A DNA stretch of 64,000 nucleotides, taken from a bacterium (GTDB lineage Bacteria; UBA10199; 2-02-FULL-50-16; JAJFLM01). Under the pieces are notes generated by a model. It was not told the DNA's origin and did no database searches. It saw nothing but the letters and a program-made list of their open reading frames with translations. Below are positions 29,814-37,584 of this stretch, one piece after another. Position 1 is the first letter of the stretch; the number at the start of each line of letters is the position of its first letter. The stretch is taken from the NCBI GenBank assembly GCA_965216315.1, contig CBDCFN010000016.1, positions 2,144,001-2,208,000 of the forward strand, given 5' to 3'. The position numbers and the translations under genes are program-made.

Positions 29814-31727
29814 TCAATTATTCTGATCCGATTCCAGTGCCTGGAGCAGCATGTAGGCATAGGCGCGCTCAAAGGCCAGCAGCTCGCCTTCACCCGGTTT
29901 ATTATCCACATCATCGGGTCCTGCGGCCGGACCGTCGGCACCGAACATAAAGAACCGCTGCTGTTCCGCATACTGTGGGTCATCGATCTTGACGAGACGA
30001 CCATCAATGAGCTGAAAGACATTCTCTTCCAAGCTGCGTTCATAGATTTGTTGATCCAGTGCGGCCACCCGCTGTTCGAGACTCTTGAGCAAATAGCGCC
30101 GTAAGCGTTCACGACCATTCACCGTCTCGCCGTTTTCCGTAGCGGACACGAGGTCGCCGTCGGCACTGATGACTGATAGCAGCTTGCCTGTCGGCCGATC
30201 AAGCGAGCCGGTATAGGTATCGACGAGGTAGTAGCCATTATCGATCCCTTCAATCTCACCGAAGCCCCGTTCCAAATCCGCCTCTATCGCGTCCCAATCG
30301 ATCACCCAGTGATAATCGGTCGGAACCGCCGTCCGTCGTTCAACAACGGCTTGCCGTGATTCATCGGCTAAGCATTCTCCCGTCTCTTCGGCAACGGCGT
30401 GCTCAGCAAAACTTGCGATGGCGACATTTTCGACCATCGTGCCGAAGCCACGGGACTGACCGAGATATTCGTCGCGAATCCGGACAATTTCGCTTTTATA
30501 CCCGTCCCAATAACTGCCGCTGAATAGACTGAGACCCCCGTCTCCGGCCGTAACGAAGGTCCCCAAACCTCCGGCCACGACGGAACCCATCCGTTCCTGA
30601 TTATAGATGTCCTGACACAGGCGCATGAAATCCCAGTTGCGGCGCCCATGGTCGGTTCGGTGGATGACGCGACTCACGCCATAGGTCCCCACTCGCGAGA
30701 CAATGTCGATGATACCGATCCAACCAAGAATACGGGCCGCAAGCACCGATAATTTCATCAAGGCCGCTCCGCGGGTCAGACCGGCTAATTGCAAGCCACC
30801 ACGTCCCGTTCCCGTGGTCTTGAGTGCCTGAGCGAGGCTCGGATAACTCCGCGCCAGCACATAGGGAGTCGCCGCCAAGGTAAAGGTCGCTCCCTGGCGG
30901 AGCCACGGCTTGTCGCGCTCGCGCATCGCCACGCAATCCTCGTTGTCCGGATCATTGACCGCACAGACCCCATGGTCCGCGGCGGAGAGCAAACTACTCG
31001 CGATGAGCTGGAAGCCAAAGAAGGTCGGCATCGAACGCATCGCCGCCGTTGGACTGGTCTTGACCATTCCCGCTCGGTGCAAGATCGTGTGCGTTGCCAA
31101 GTAGGAACCAAAGGTTACGGGGGTCCGCAACTCCGAAGCCACTAGGCCTTCCTGGACGAGTTCCTCGACAAGCAGTTGGTCATAGGCAATGACCGCCGCG
31201 CCGACCCCAAGGAGTGGCACGGTGTAACCAATTCCTGTCGGTCCACTGGGACCGCCTTTCCCGCCGCTTCCACCCGGCCCGCCCGTGCGGGTGAACATCG
31301 GCTCGGCATCGCCGCGCAGGAACACGAACTGCGGCATCGTCACTCCTTCAGCGGTCACGGCTTGAGTGACGCGAAAGGTAACCGGAATCCCGCGCTCCAG
31401 CGCAAGGATGCGAACGGGCTCCACATAAGGCAGCATTTCAGCCGGGAGTTGGTCGACATGGGTCGCAAAATCGAGGTCGGTATTTAACGGGAGGGAAGTC
31501 CCCGCTAACATCCCCGGATCATAGGCATAAAATGATTCGAACGTGCTTCGCGGCCCGACGGAGGCATCCCACAGATTCGTGGAACCGTTCCAATCTGTCG
31601 TGTAGAAATCACTCGGATAGAGATCAAAAGATGTGTCACCGTAACAAACGGGGCCGATTTCGCCCGCGCCGCACACACCTGTTGGTTCAACTGAAGAAGT
31701 GGCTGCCGCCACACCATCTGCACCCAT
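29814..31727 (-). CDS. Array gene 9: family A protein (637 aa)
   Basis: TFRVTQAVTAEGVTMPQF, MPTFFGFQ, LGWIGIID, RLCQDIYNQE, WVIDW, DTYTG, EQQRFF; GGAGG RBS. Confidence 0.9.
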   Translation of the reverse strand: MGADGVAAATSSVEPTGVCGAGEIGPVCYGDTSFDLYPSDFYTTDWNGSTNLWDASVGPRSTFESFYAYDPGMLAGTSLPLNTDLDFATHVDQLPAEMLPYVEPVRILALERGIPVTFRVTQAVTAEGVTMPQFVFLRGDAEPMFTRTGGPGGSGGKGGPSGPTGIGYTVPLLGVGAAVIAYDQLLVEELVQEGLVASELRTPVTFGSYLATHTILHRAGMVKTSPTAAMRSMPTFFGFQLIASSLLSAADHGVCAVNDPDNEDCVAMRERDKPWLRQGATFTLAATPYVLARSYPSLAQALKTTGTGRGGLQLAGLTRGAALMKLSVLAARILGWIGIIDIVSRVGTYGVSRVIHRTDHGRRNWDFMRLCQDIYNQERMGSVVAGGLGTFVTAGDGGLSLFSGSYWDGYKSEIVRIRDEYLGQSRGFGTMVENVAIASFAEHAVAEETGECLADESRQAVVERRTAVPTDYHWVIDWDAIEADLERGFGEIEGIDNGYYLVDTYTGSLDRPTGKLLSVISADGDLVSATENGETVNGRERLRRYLLKSLEQRVAALDQQIYERSLEENVFQLIDGRLVKIDDPQYAEQQRFFMFGADGPAAGPDDVDNKPGEGELLAFERAYAYMLLQALESDQNN

Positions 31728-31774
31728 TACGCACCTCCGTTAGCCTTCCTCGAAACCCCTAGACCCAACTCGGA

Positions 31775-31854
31775 TTCCCCTCCCCTTACGAAGGGGAGGG
31801 TTAGGGAGAGGTCCGTCTCGACCTCCCCTGGCCCCTCCTTGGTAAGGAGGGGAA
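31775..31854. repeat. BIME-like pair of inverted REP-like palindromes
   Basis: ccctccccttacgaaggggagggttagggagaggt...gacctcccctggcccctccttggtaaggagggg; near-identical to 36229..36308. Confidence 0.8.
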
Positions 31855-31863
31855 TGAAATTAA

Positions 31864-33177
31864 TTACGGAACTAAGACGGGCGCCGCCCGTGGCACAAAA
31901 ACCGGCGCCACTTCGGGGACAACAACCGGTTGCGGGACCGTTATCGGTGCCGGAACCACCGTCACGCTCGGGGCGACAACACCGTTCACATTCACGGCAC
32001 TGACATTACCAGGAAGCGTGGCGCTGACCGGATTCGTTCCGCCCATCTGCATCATGCCGGTGAGCAGTGTGTCCGCCGTAAAGGTCTGGTGGGCACCGCT
32101 GTTAACCGCCACGGCATTGTTAATGCCGGTACTCATGGCCGACTCAAAAAAGCTCGTCCACTGGGCCTGATTCCAGCCCATGTCACCGCCGATGCCATTG
32201 TTCATAAAGGTCTGGGCCATCAGCGGCGCGACTTGTTGCGCAAATCCCTCGGCGGAATAACAGGAATCCGCGAGATGAGCCAACTCCGCCGGCAGGGGTA
32301 TATCCACGCCTGCGACGTTGGCCATCAAGACCGGACTCGTCATGGCGGAAAAACCAGCGGCTTGCGGCTCCGTCACCGGAGAAGAATCGCCGGCAGACAC
32401 AGGCTCACTGGCCCCATCACTCACCGGTGCCGTTTCACCCTGGGGAGCCACCGCGCCTTGGCCTTGAGCCGCTAAAAACTCAGCGAACATGCGGCCGGCT
32501 TGCTCGGGCGAAATACCGCCGCCGCCACCGTTGCCATCACCATCGCCATTCCCGCCACCGCGGCGGTTTTTCAGCCAATTTTTGAAGCTATGGTAAACAT
32601 CCGGACCGACGGTAAAGGCCGCCAGTAGGAAGAAAAATTCTACGAGGTGGTCTTGGGTCGGGGGACGCAGACGTTCCATCGATGAGGCGAGCGCATCACA
32701 TTGTTGATCCGACAGACCCGTCGGACATTCGCCATCGAACCAATGCAGAGGATTGTACCAGCTTTCACCGCCCCGAATCGTGCGAATGATCCCTTCACGA
32801 ATCGCCGGTTGATCGGCCTTGATGCACAGGGTCCCGGCACGGCCACCGAAGGCGGATAGGGAGACACGATCTTGAGACATGTTAGGAAAACCGCGGACGG
32901 CGTCGGCGGCATCATGGTCGAAAGTCGCCCCATGTGGACCGGAATCGGCAATCTCGTAGTAGCCCTGTCGCGAGTCGCAAGAACGTAAAGTTTCGCCGAT
33001 ATAATCGGCCCAGGGCTGGTCGCCGCTGGTGATAGTCGGGTCGGGAACGATCACGCCACCTTGCGTAAAAACCGCTCCGGGTTTATCTTCCGTGGCTCCA
33101 TAGGCCGTTCCCGGATTGGCTCGACACAGGCCGTTATGCCCCTCTAGATTTGACGCACCATAAAGATCGCATCCCAT
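31864..33177 (-). CDS. Array gene 10: family B protein (437 aa), six-Cys domain, TM, Pro/Val tail
   Basis: MGCDLYGAS (TAAGGAG RBS), GLCRANPGTAYG, GYYEIADSGP, CIKADQP, EFFFLLAAFTVGPD. Confidence 0.92.
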   Translation of the reverse strand: MGCDLYGASNLEGHNGLCRANPGTAYGATEDKPGAVFTQGGVIVPDPTITSGDQPWADYIGETLRSCDSRQGYYEIADSGPHGATFDHDAADAVRGFPNMSQDRVSLSAFGGRAGTLCIKADQPAIREGIIRTIRGGESWYNPLHWFDGECPTGLSDQQCDALASSMERLRPPTQDHLVEFFFLLAAFTVGPDVYHSFKNWLKNRRGGGNGDGDGNGGGGGISPEQAGRMFAEFLAAQGQGAVAPQGETAPVSDGASEPVSAGDSSPVTEPQAAGFSAMTSPVLMANVAGVDIPLPAELAHLADSCYSAEGFAQQVAPLMAQTFMNNGIGGDMGWNQAQWTSFFESAMSTGINNAVAVNSGAHQTFTADTLLTGMMQMGGTNPVSATLPGNVSAVNVNGVVAPSVTVVPAPITVPQPVVVPEVAPVFVPRAAPVLVP

Positions 33178-33299
33178 ATACAACTCCTTACGCAACGGGC
33201 GCCCAAACGCCCATGTTATACACTACACGCTGTCTAAACTAGGTGCTGAGTTCCATGCACAGCACACGACACTTTTAAACACACGCTTACTCATAGGCA

Positions 33300-33326
33300 T
33301 TATCGGTGTCGATTTGCGAAAGTTGC
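33300..33326 (-). promoter_or_regulatory. Array promoter motif (sigma28-like)
   Basis: GCAACTT-tcgcaaatcgac-ACCGATAA. Confidence 0.85.
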
Positions 33327-33433
33327 GGTAAATTCGCAAGGGGCTGACGAAAATTAGAAAAACCGTCCCAAAATTGGCAAGAAACAGGCTCTAGGGGGCC
33401 CTCTCAACCCCCCAGGCCTGCAATTAGAAGTGC

Positions 33434-34756
33434 TTATAAGGGCACGGGAACCGGCGCCATTCGCGGCACCACGACGGGAGCCACGCGCGGCGTAACAACC
33501 GGCGCGACGCGCGGAACCACCACCGGGGCCGGAACCGCCGTTGGGGCGGGCGTCGGGATGGCCGCCGGATTCGCGGCCCGGACCCGACCGGGAACGGTCG
33601 CGGCGACCGAACTGACCCCGCCGAGCTGCATCATCCCGTCAAAGAGCGTATCGGCGGTCCGCGTCGTGCCGGCGGGTGCCGCCGTGGAAGCAGCCGCGTT
33701 ATTGATGCCGCTCGTCAGCGCGGATTGAAAGACACGGGTCCACTGGGCCTGATTCCAGCCCAGCTCACGACCAATGCCATTACGCATGGCCAATTGGGCA
33801 AAGATCGGTGCCGCTGCCTGGGCAAATCCCTCAGGAGTGTAAGAAACATCGGCCAAATGAGCCATCTCGGCAGGCAAGGCCATTTCAACCCCAGCCACTC
33901 GCGCCGTCACGCCGGAAACCGCCGTAAAAGTCGCAACCGGTGCCTCGGAAGCTGGGGTCTCCTCACCGGCCGGGGCCGCTTCGCCGGCTCCCTCCGCTTG
34001 GGGCGCGGCGTCAGCTTGGCCGGGAGCCGCGTGCATCGCAGCCAGGGCGCGGCCGAGCTGTTCCGGTGTCATCTCGATGTTGCCACCGCCACCGCCACTG
34101 CCTCCATTACCATCGCCATTGCCGCCATTGCGGCGGCTTTGGATCCATCTTTTCAGGGCGTGGTAGACATCCGGGCCAATCGTGAAGGCCGCGATCAAGA
34201 AGAAAAACTCGGTGAGATGGTCCTGCTGCGGAGGACGCAAATGTTCCATCGACGTCGCCAAGGCCTCACATTGTTGGTCGGAGAGTCCCGTCGGACATTC
34301 CCCGACAAACCAGCGCGCCGGTGAATAGTTCACATACCAGGGCCGGTTCCCGCGAATATGGCGGATGATTCCCTCACGTACCGCTGGTTGATCGGCGCGG
34401 AGACACAGGGTTCCGGGTCGGCCCGCGTGAGCGGAGAAAGACGCCCGATCTTGCGACATATTGGGGAAAGTTCTGACCACATCGGCAGAGGTATGATTGA
34501 AGGTCGCACCGTTGGGTCCTGAATCGGCAATTTCATAGTACCCTTGACGTGCGTCACAGGATCTCAGGCTCTCGCCGTGAAAGGCGCTCCACGGCTGGTC
34601 GTTAGCAGGCCGGGTCGGATCGGGAACGATGACCCCAGCTTGCGTCATAACGGCGCCGGGGCGACCGTCTCTAGGTCCGTAAGCCGTGCCCGGATTAGCG
34701 CGGCACAGACCGGGCTGCCCTTCCAAATTAGACGCACCATACAGATCGCAAGTCAT
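33434..34756 (-). CDS. Array gene 11: family B protein (440 aa, 1 Lys)
   Basis: MTCDLYGAS...; same conserved domain; tail has three PRxAPV repeats. Confidence 0.92.
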   Translation of the reverse strand: MTCDLYGASNLEGQPGLCRANPGTAYGPRDGRPGAVMTQAGVIVPDPTRPANDQPWSAFHGESLRSCDARQGYYEIADSGPNGATFNHTSADVVRTFPNMSQDRASFSAHAGRPGTLCLRADQPAVREGIIRHIRGNRPWYVNYSPARWFVGECPTGLSDQQCEALATSMEHLRPPQQDHLTEFFFLIAAFTIGPDVYHALKRWIQSRRNGGNGDGNGGSGGGGGNIEMTPEQLGRALAAMHAAPGQADAAPQAEGAGEAAPAGEETPASEAPVATFTAVSGVTARVAGVEMALPAEMAHLADVSYTPEGFAQAAAPIFAQLAMRNGIGRELGWNQAQWTRVFQSALTSGINNAAASTAAPAGTTRTADTLFDGMMQLGGVSSVAATVPGRVRAANPAAIPTPAPTAVPAPVVVPRVAPVVTPRVAPVVVPRMAPVPVPL

Positions 34757-34762
34757 AATCGG

Positions 34763-34800
34763 CTCCTTTTGCCGTCAACGAGGTCGTTGACTAAAAGGAG
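34763..34800 (-). promoter_or_regulatory. mRNA hairpin sequestering the Shine-Dalgarno of gene 11
   Basis: mRNA CUCCUUUU-A-GUCAACG-ACCU-CGUUGAC-GGC-AAAAGGAG; the 3' arm is the RBS 6 nt before the ATG at 34756. Confidence 0.7.
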
Positions 34801-34855
34801 GCACTGCCTGGCTTAGGCCTGTTTGATTGATTTGGATAAGGTTTACCCGCGTCAT
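34775..34855 (-). CDS. Candidate 26-aa leader peptide MTRVNLIQINQTGLSQAVPPFSQRPR
   Basis: GGAGG 6 nt before the ATG; lies between the promoter and gene 11; stop falls inside the SD-sequestering hairpin. Confidence 0.55.
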   Translation of the reverse strand: MTRVNLIQINQTGLSQAVPPFSQRPR

Positions 34856-34900
34856 AGTGTGCCTCCGGTTACGGAAGTCCACCATAACAACCCAATGTGG

Positions 34901-34927
34901 TTATCGGCATGGCCTTGCGAAAGTTGC
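34901..34927 (-). promoter_or_regulatory. Array promoter motif (sigma28-like)
   Basis: GCAACTT-tcgcaaggccat-GCCGATAA. Confidence 0.85.
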
Positions 34928-34969
34928 GGGGAATTCGCAAAAGGCTGACGAAAATTGGGAACCGTTGTC

Positions 34970-35074
34970 TCCCCCTTTGTAAAGGGGGACTAAGGGGGAT
35001 TTAAGAGACGTCACGCAAATCCGTCTCTCGGGGTAAATTAAATCCCTCCTAACCTCCCTTTACAAAGGGAGGGA
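34970..35074. repeat. BIME-like pair of inverted REP-like palindromes (variant)
   Basis: tccccctttgtaaagggggactaagggggattt ... aaatccctcctaacctccctttacaaagggaggga. Confidence 0.75.
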
Positions 35075-35100
35075 GCGCGAGTGCTGCAAGACGGGGCATT

Positions 35101-36090
35101 TTAAGGTATCGCCGGCACCAAACTCGGCTTGACGACCGGCACCGGCGCGCCCTTCGGGACAACCGGCGGCGCTGGAACGACCGGAACGGGAGGCGTCGCG
35201 ACAGGGGCTTTAGCCCCCTTGGCACCGGGCGTTGCTTTCGCTACGGGACTCTTGCTTCCATTCTGCAATTCAGCGTCAACGAAGCTATCAGCGGTAAATG
35301 GCTGGGCACTCGCGGGCTGCGCATTGGGTTGGACCTCCGGCTGAGGCGCGGTCTCGCCCTTGGCAGCCGCCGCCGCAGCCATCACCTGCGCCAACTGTTC
35401 CGGCGTCATTTCGATGTTCCCGTTCCCCCCGCCGGGACCACCGCCCTTGTCTCCCCCACCCCGATTTTTCCACCAATTCTTAAGTCCATGATAGATATCG
35501 GGACCGATGGTGAAAGCCGCGATCAAAAAGAAGAACTCCATCAGATGATTTTGCTGCGGGGGGCGCAGGGTTGACATCGAGTGGGCCAGGGCGTGGCATT
35601 GTTGATCATCAAGATCCTCGGGGCAGTCCCCGTCAAACCACGCCAAGGGGTTCCACCAGTCCTCCTTGCCCCAGAGCTTATAGATCAGGCCCTCGCGAAT
35701 CGCCGGTTGATCCGCCTTGACGCAGAGGGTCCCCGGCTTGCCACCAAAGGCGGATAAGGACACGCGGTCCTGCGACATGTTAGGAAATTTCCGGATCACA
35801 TCGGCCGACTTATGATCAAAGGTCGCGCCGTTGGGACCTGAGTCGGCAATCTCGTAGTAACCCGACCTAGAATCACAAGAACGCAGGCTCTCACCGTGAT
35901 AGGCCTCCCAGGGCTGGTCGTTCTTCGCCCGCGTCGGATCCGGGACAATGGTCCCGCTCTGGGTCATCACCGCGCCGGGTATCTTTTTGTTGTCGGAATT
36001 CTTTTGTTCGCCGTAGGCCGTACCGGGATTGGCGCGGCAGAGTCCTGGCTGTCCGGGAAGATCGGAAGCACCGTAGAGATCACATCCCAT
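35101..36090 (-). CDS. Array gene 12: family B protein (329 aa, Lys-rich)
   Basis: MGCDLYGAS...; same conserved domain; short Pro/Val/Lys tail. Confidence 0.92.
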   Translation of the reverse strand: MGCDLYGASDLPGQPGLCRANPGTAYGEQKNSDNKKIPGAVMTQSGTIVPDPTRAKNDQPWEAYHGESLRSCDSRSGYYEIADSGPNGATFDHKSADVIRKFPNMSQDRVSLSAFGGKPGTLCVKADQPAIREGLIYKLWGKEDWWNPLAWFDGDCPEDLDDQQCHALAHSMSTLRPPQQNHLMEFFFLIAAFTIGPDIYHGLKNWWKNRGGGDKGGGPGGGNGNIEMTPEQLAQVMAAAAAAKGETAPQPEVQPNAQPASAQPFTADSFVDAELQNGSKSPVAKATPGAKGAKAPVATPPVPVVPAPPVVPKGAPVPVVKPSLVPAIP

Positions 36091-36160
36091 TGTATTTCTC
36101 CTAGTTAAAGGGGTCCCAAGCCCTTAGTTAGTCGAAATACGCACCTAGACGTGTATCTAG

Positions 36161-36187
36161 TTATCGGTCCGGGTTTGCGAAAGTTGC
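36161..36187 (-). promoter_or_regulatory. Array promoter motif (sigma28-like)
   Basis: GCAACTT-tcgcaaacccgg-ACCGATAA. Confidence 0.85.
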
Positions 36188-36228
36188 GGGAAATTTGCAA
36201 GAAGTTGTCGAAAATTCGGAAAAATGGG

Positions 36229-36308
36229 TTCCCTCCCCTTACTTAAGGGGAGGGTTAGGGAGAGGTCTTTCTCGACCTCCCCTAGCCCCTCCTTCGTAAG
36301 GAGGGGAA
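36229..36308. repeat. BIME-like pair of inverted REP-like palindromes
   Basis: ccctccccttacttaaggggagggttagggagaggt...gacctcccctagcccctccttcgtaaggagggg. Confidence 0.8.
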
Positions 36309-36318
36309 ATACAATTAA

Positions 36319-37422
36319 CTACGGAACCACCGGCACCGGAGCCGCCCGCGGCACGAAGACCGGAGCCCTGACTGCAAAGGGTCGAGGGGCTGCAACGATG
36401 GGGACAGGCGGAGCGATTGTGGTCGGCTTGACTCCTGCCTTGCCGGCAGGCAGGCCCTTCGCGACCGGGACCTGACCCGCTGTCGTGGAACGGATGGCCT
36501 TGGCGCCACCATACTGCAACATCCCATGGATCAGACTATTGGCAACAAAGGTCTTGGGCTCGGTTGCCTGGGGCGCCTTGGCGGGTTCACCTTGCGCGGC
36601 AGCCACTCCCGCTAAAATTTGGCCGAGCTGTTCAAACGTGATGCTGTCGCCGCCACCACCACCATTACCTTTGCCGTCGCCATCACCACCGTTACGTTTA
36701 CTCTGAATCCAGCGCTTTAGGGCATGGTAGACATCAGGGCCGATCGTAAAAGCCGCCAGCAGGAAAAAGAACTCCACGAAGTGGTTCTGGCTCGGCGGCC
36801 GCAGGTTTTCCATCGAAGTCGCGAGGGCCGTGCACTGCTTATCCGTCAGTCCTTTTGGGCACTCACCTGCATCCCCCATAAACAGGCGCAAGGGCGTATA
36901 ACGGACATACCAGGGCATATCCCCATTAATCTTGCGAATAATCCCCTCGCGTATCGACGGCTGATCGGCCTTGATACACAGCGTCCCGGCCCGGCCGGCA
37001 TGCGCGGAAAAGAACACGCGTCCCTGCGACATATTAGGGAATTTGCGGACGACGTTGGCCGAGTGCTTATTAAACGTCGCGCCTTTCGGACCGGAATCGG
37101 CAATTTCATAATAACCGCGGCGCGAATCGCACGACCACAGCTTCTCACCGAAAAATTTGCTCCAAGGTTGTTTATTGTGGGGAAGCTTGGGATCGGGGAC
37201 GATCGTCCCGGTTCCGGTAATGACAGCACCTGTGCGACCCTTTTTCGGTCCGTAGGCCGTTCCGGGATTGGCGCGACACAGGCCACTGGGCTTGCGGACA
37301 CGGGCCGCCTTATTCGGGGATGAAACGACTTTCCCGGTTGCGTCGAGATATTGACCTTTGCGGTTCACACGCGGAACCGTGCGCATGATCGGTGATGCAC
37401 CGTACAAATTACAACTTGCCAT
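36319..37422 (-). CDS. Array gene 13: family B protein (367 aa, Lys-rich twin of gene 11)
   Basis: MASCNLYGAS plus a basic insertion of about 30 aa before GLCRANPGTAYG; shares SAHAGR and HALKRWIQS with gene 11. Confidence 0.92.
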   Translation of the reverse strand: MASCNLYGASPIMRTVPRVNRKGQYLDATGKVVSSPNKAARVRKPSGLCRANPGTAYGPKKGRTGAVITGTGTIVPDPKLPHNKQPWSKFFGEKLWSCDSRRGYYEIADSGPKGATFNKHSANVVRKFPNMSQGRVFFSAHAGRAGTLCIKADQPSIREGIIRKINGDMPWYVRYTPLRLFMGDAGECPKGLTDKQCTALATSMENLRPPSQNHFVEFFFLLAAFTIGPDVYHALKRWIQSKRNGGDGDGKGNGGGGGDSITFEQLGQILAGVAAAQGEPAKAPQATEPKTFVANSLIHGMLQYGGAKAIRSTTAGQVPVAKGLPAGKAGVKPTTIAPPVPIVAAPRPFAVRAPVFVPRAAPVPVVP

Positions 37423-37482
37423 GAGTAGACTCCTTACTCATCCGTCCACCTCAAGAATGAATAAGAGTGCCTATCTCCCCAG

Positions 37483-37509
37483 TTATCGGTTCGCATCTGC
37501 GAATGTTGC
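37483..37509 (-). promoter_or_regulatory. Array promoter motif (sigma28-like)
   Basis: GCAACAT-tcgcagatgcga-ACCGATAA. Confidence 0.8.
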
Positions 37510-37584
37510 GGAAAATTCGCAAAGGCTTAGCGAGATTTCGAAACTATGGAAATACTAAGTGAAATCAGTGTGTTACATCACGCT

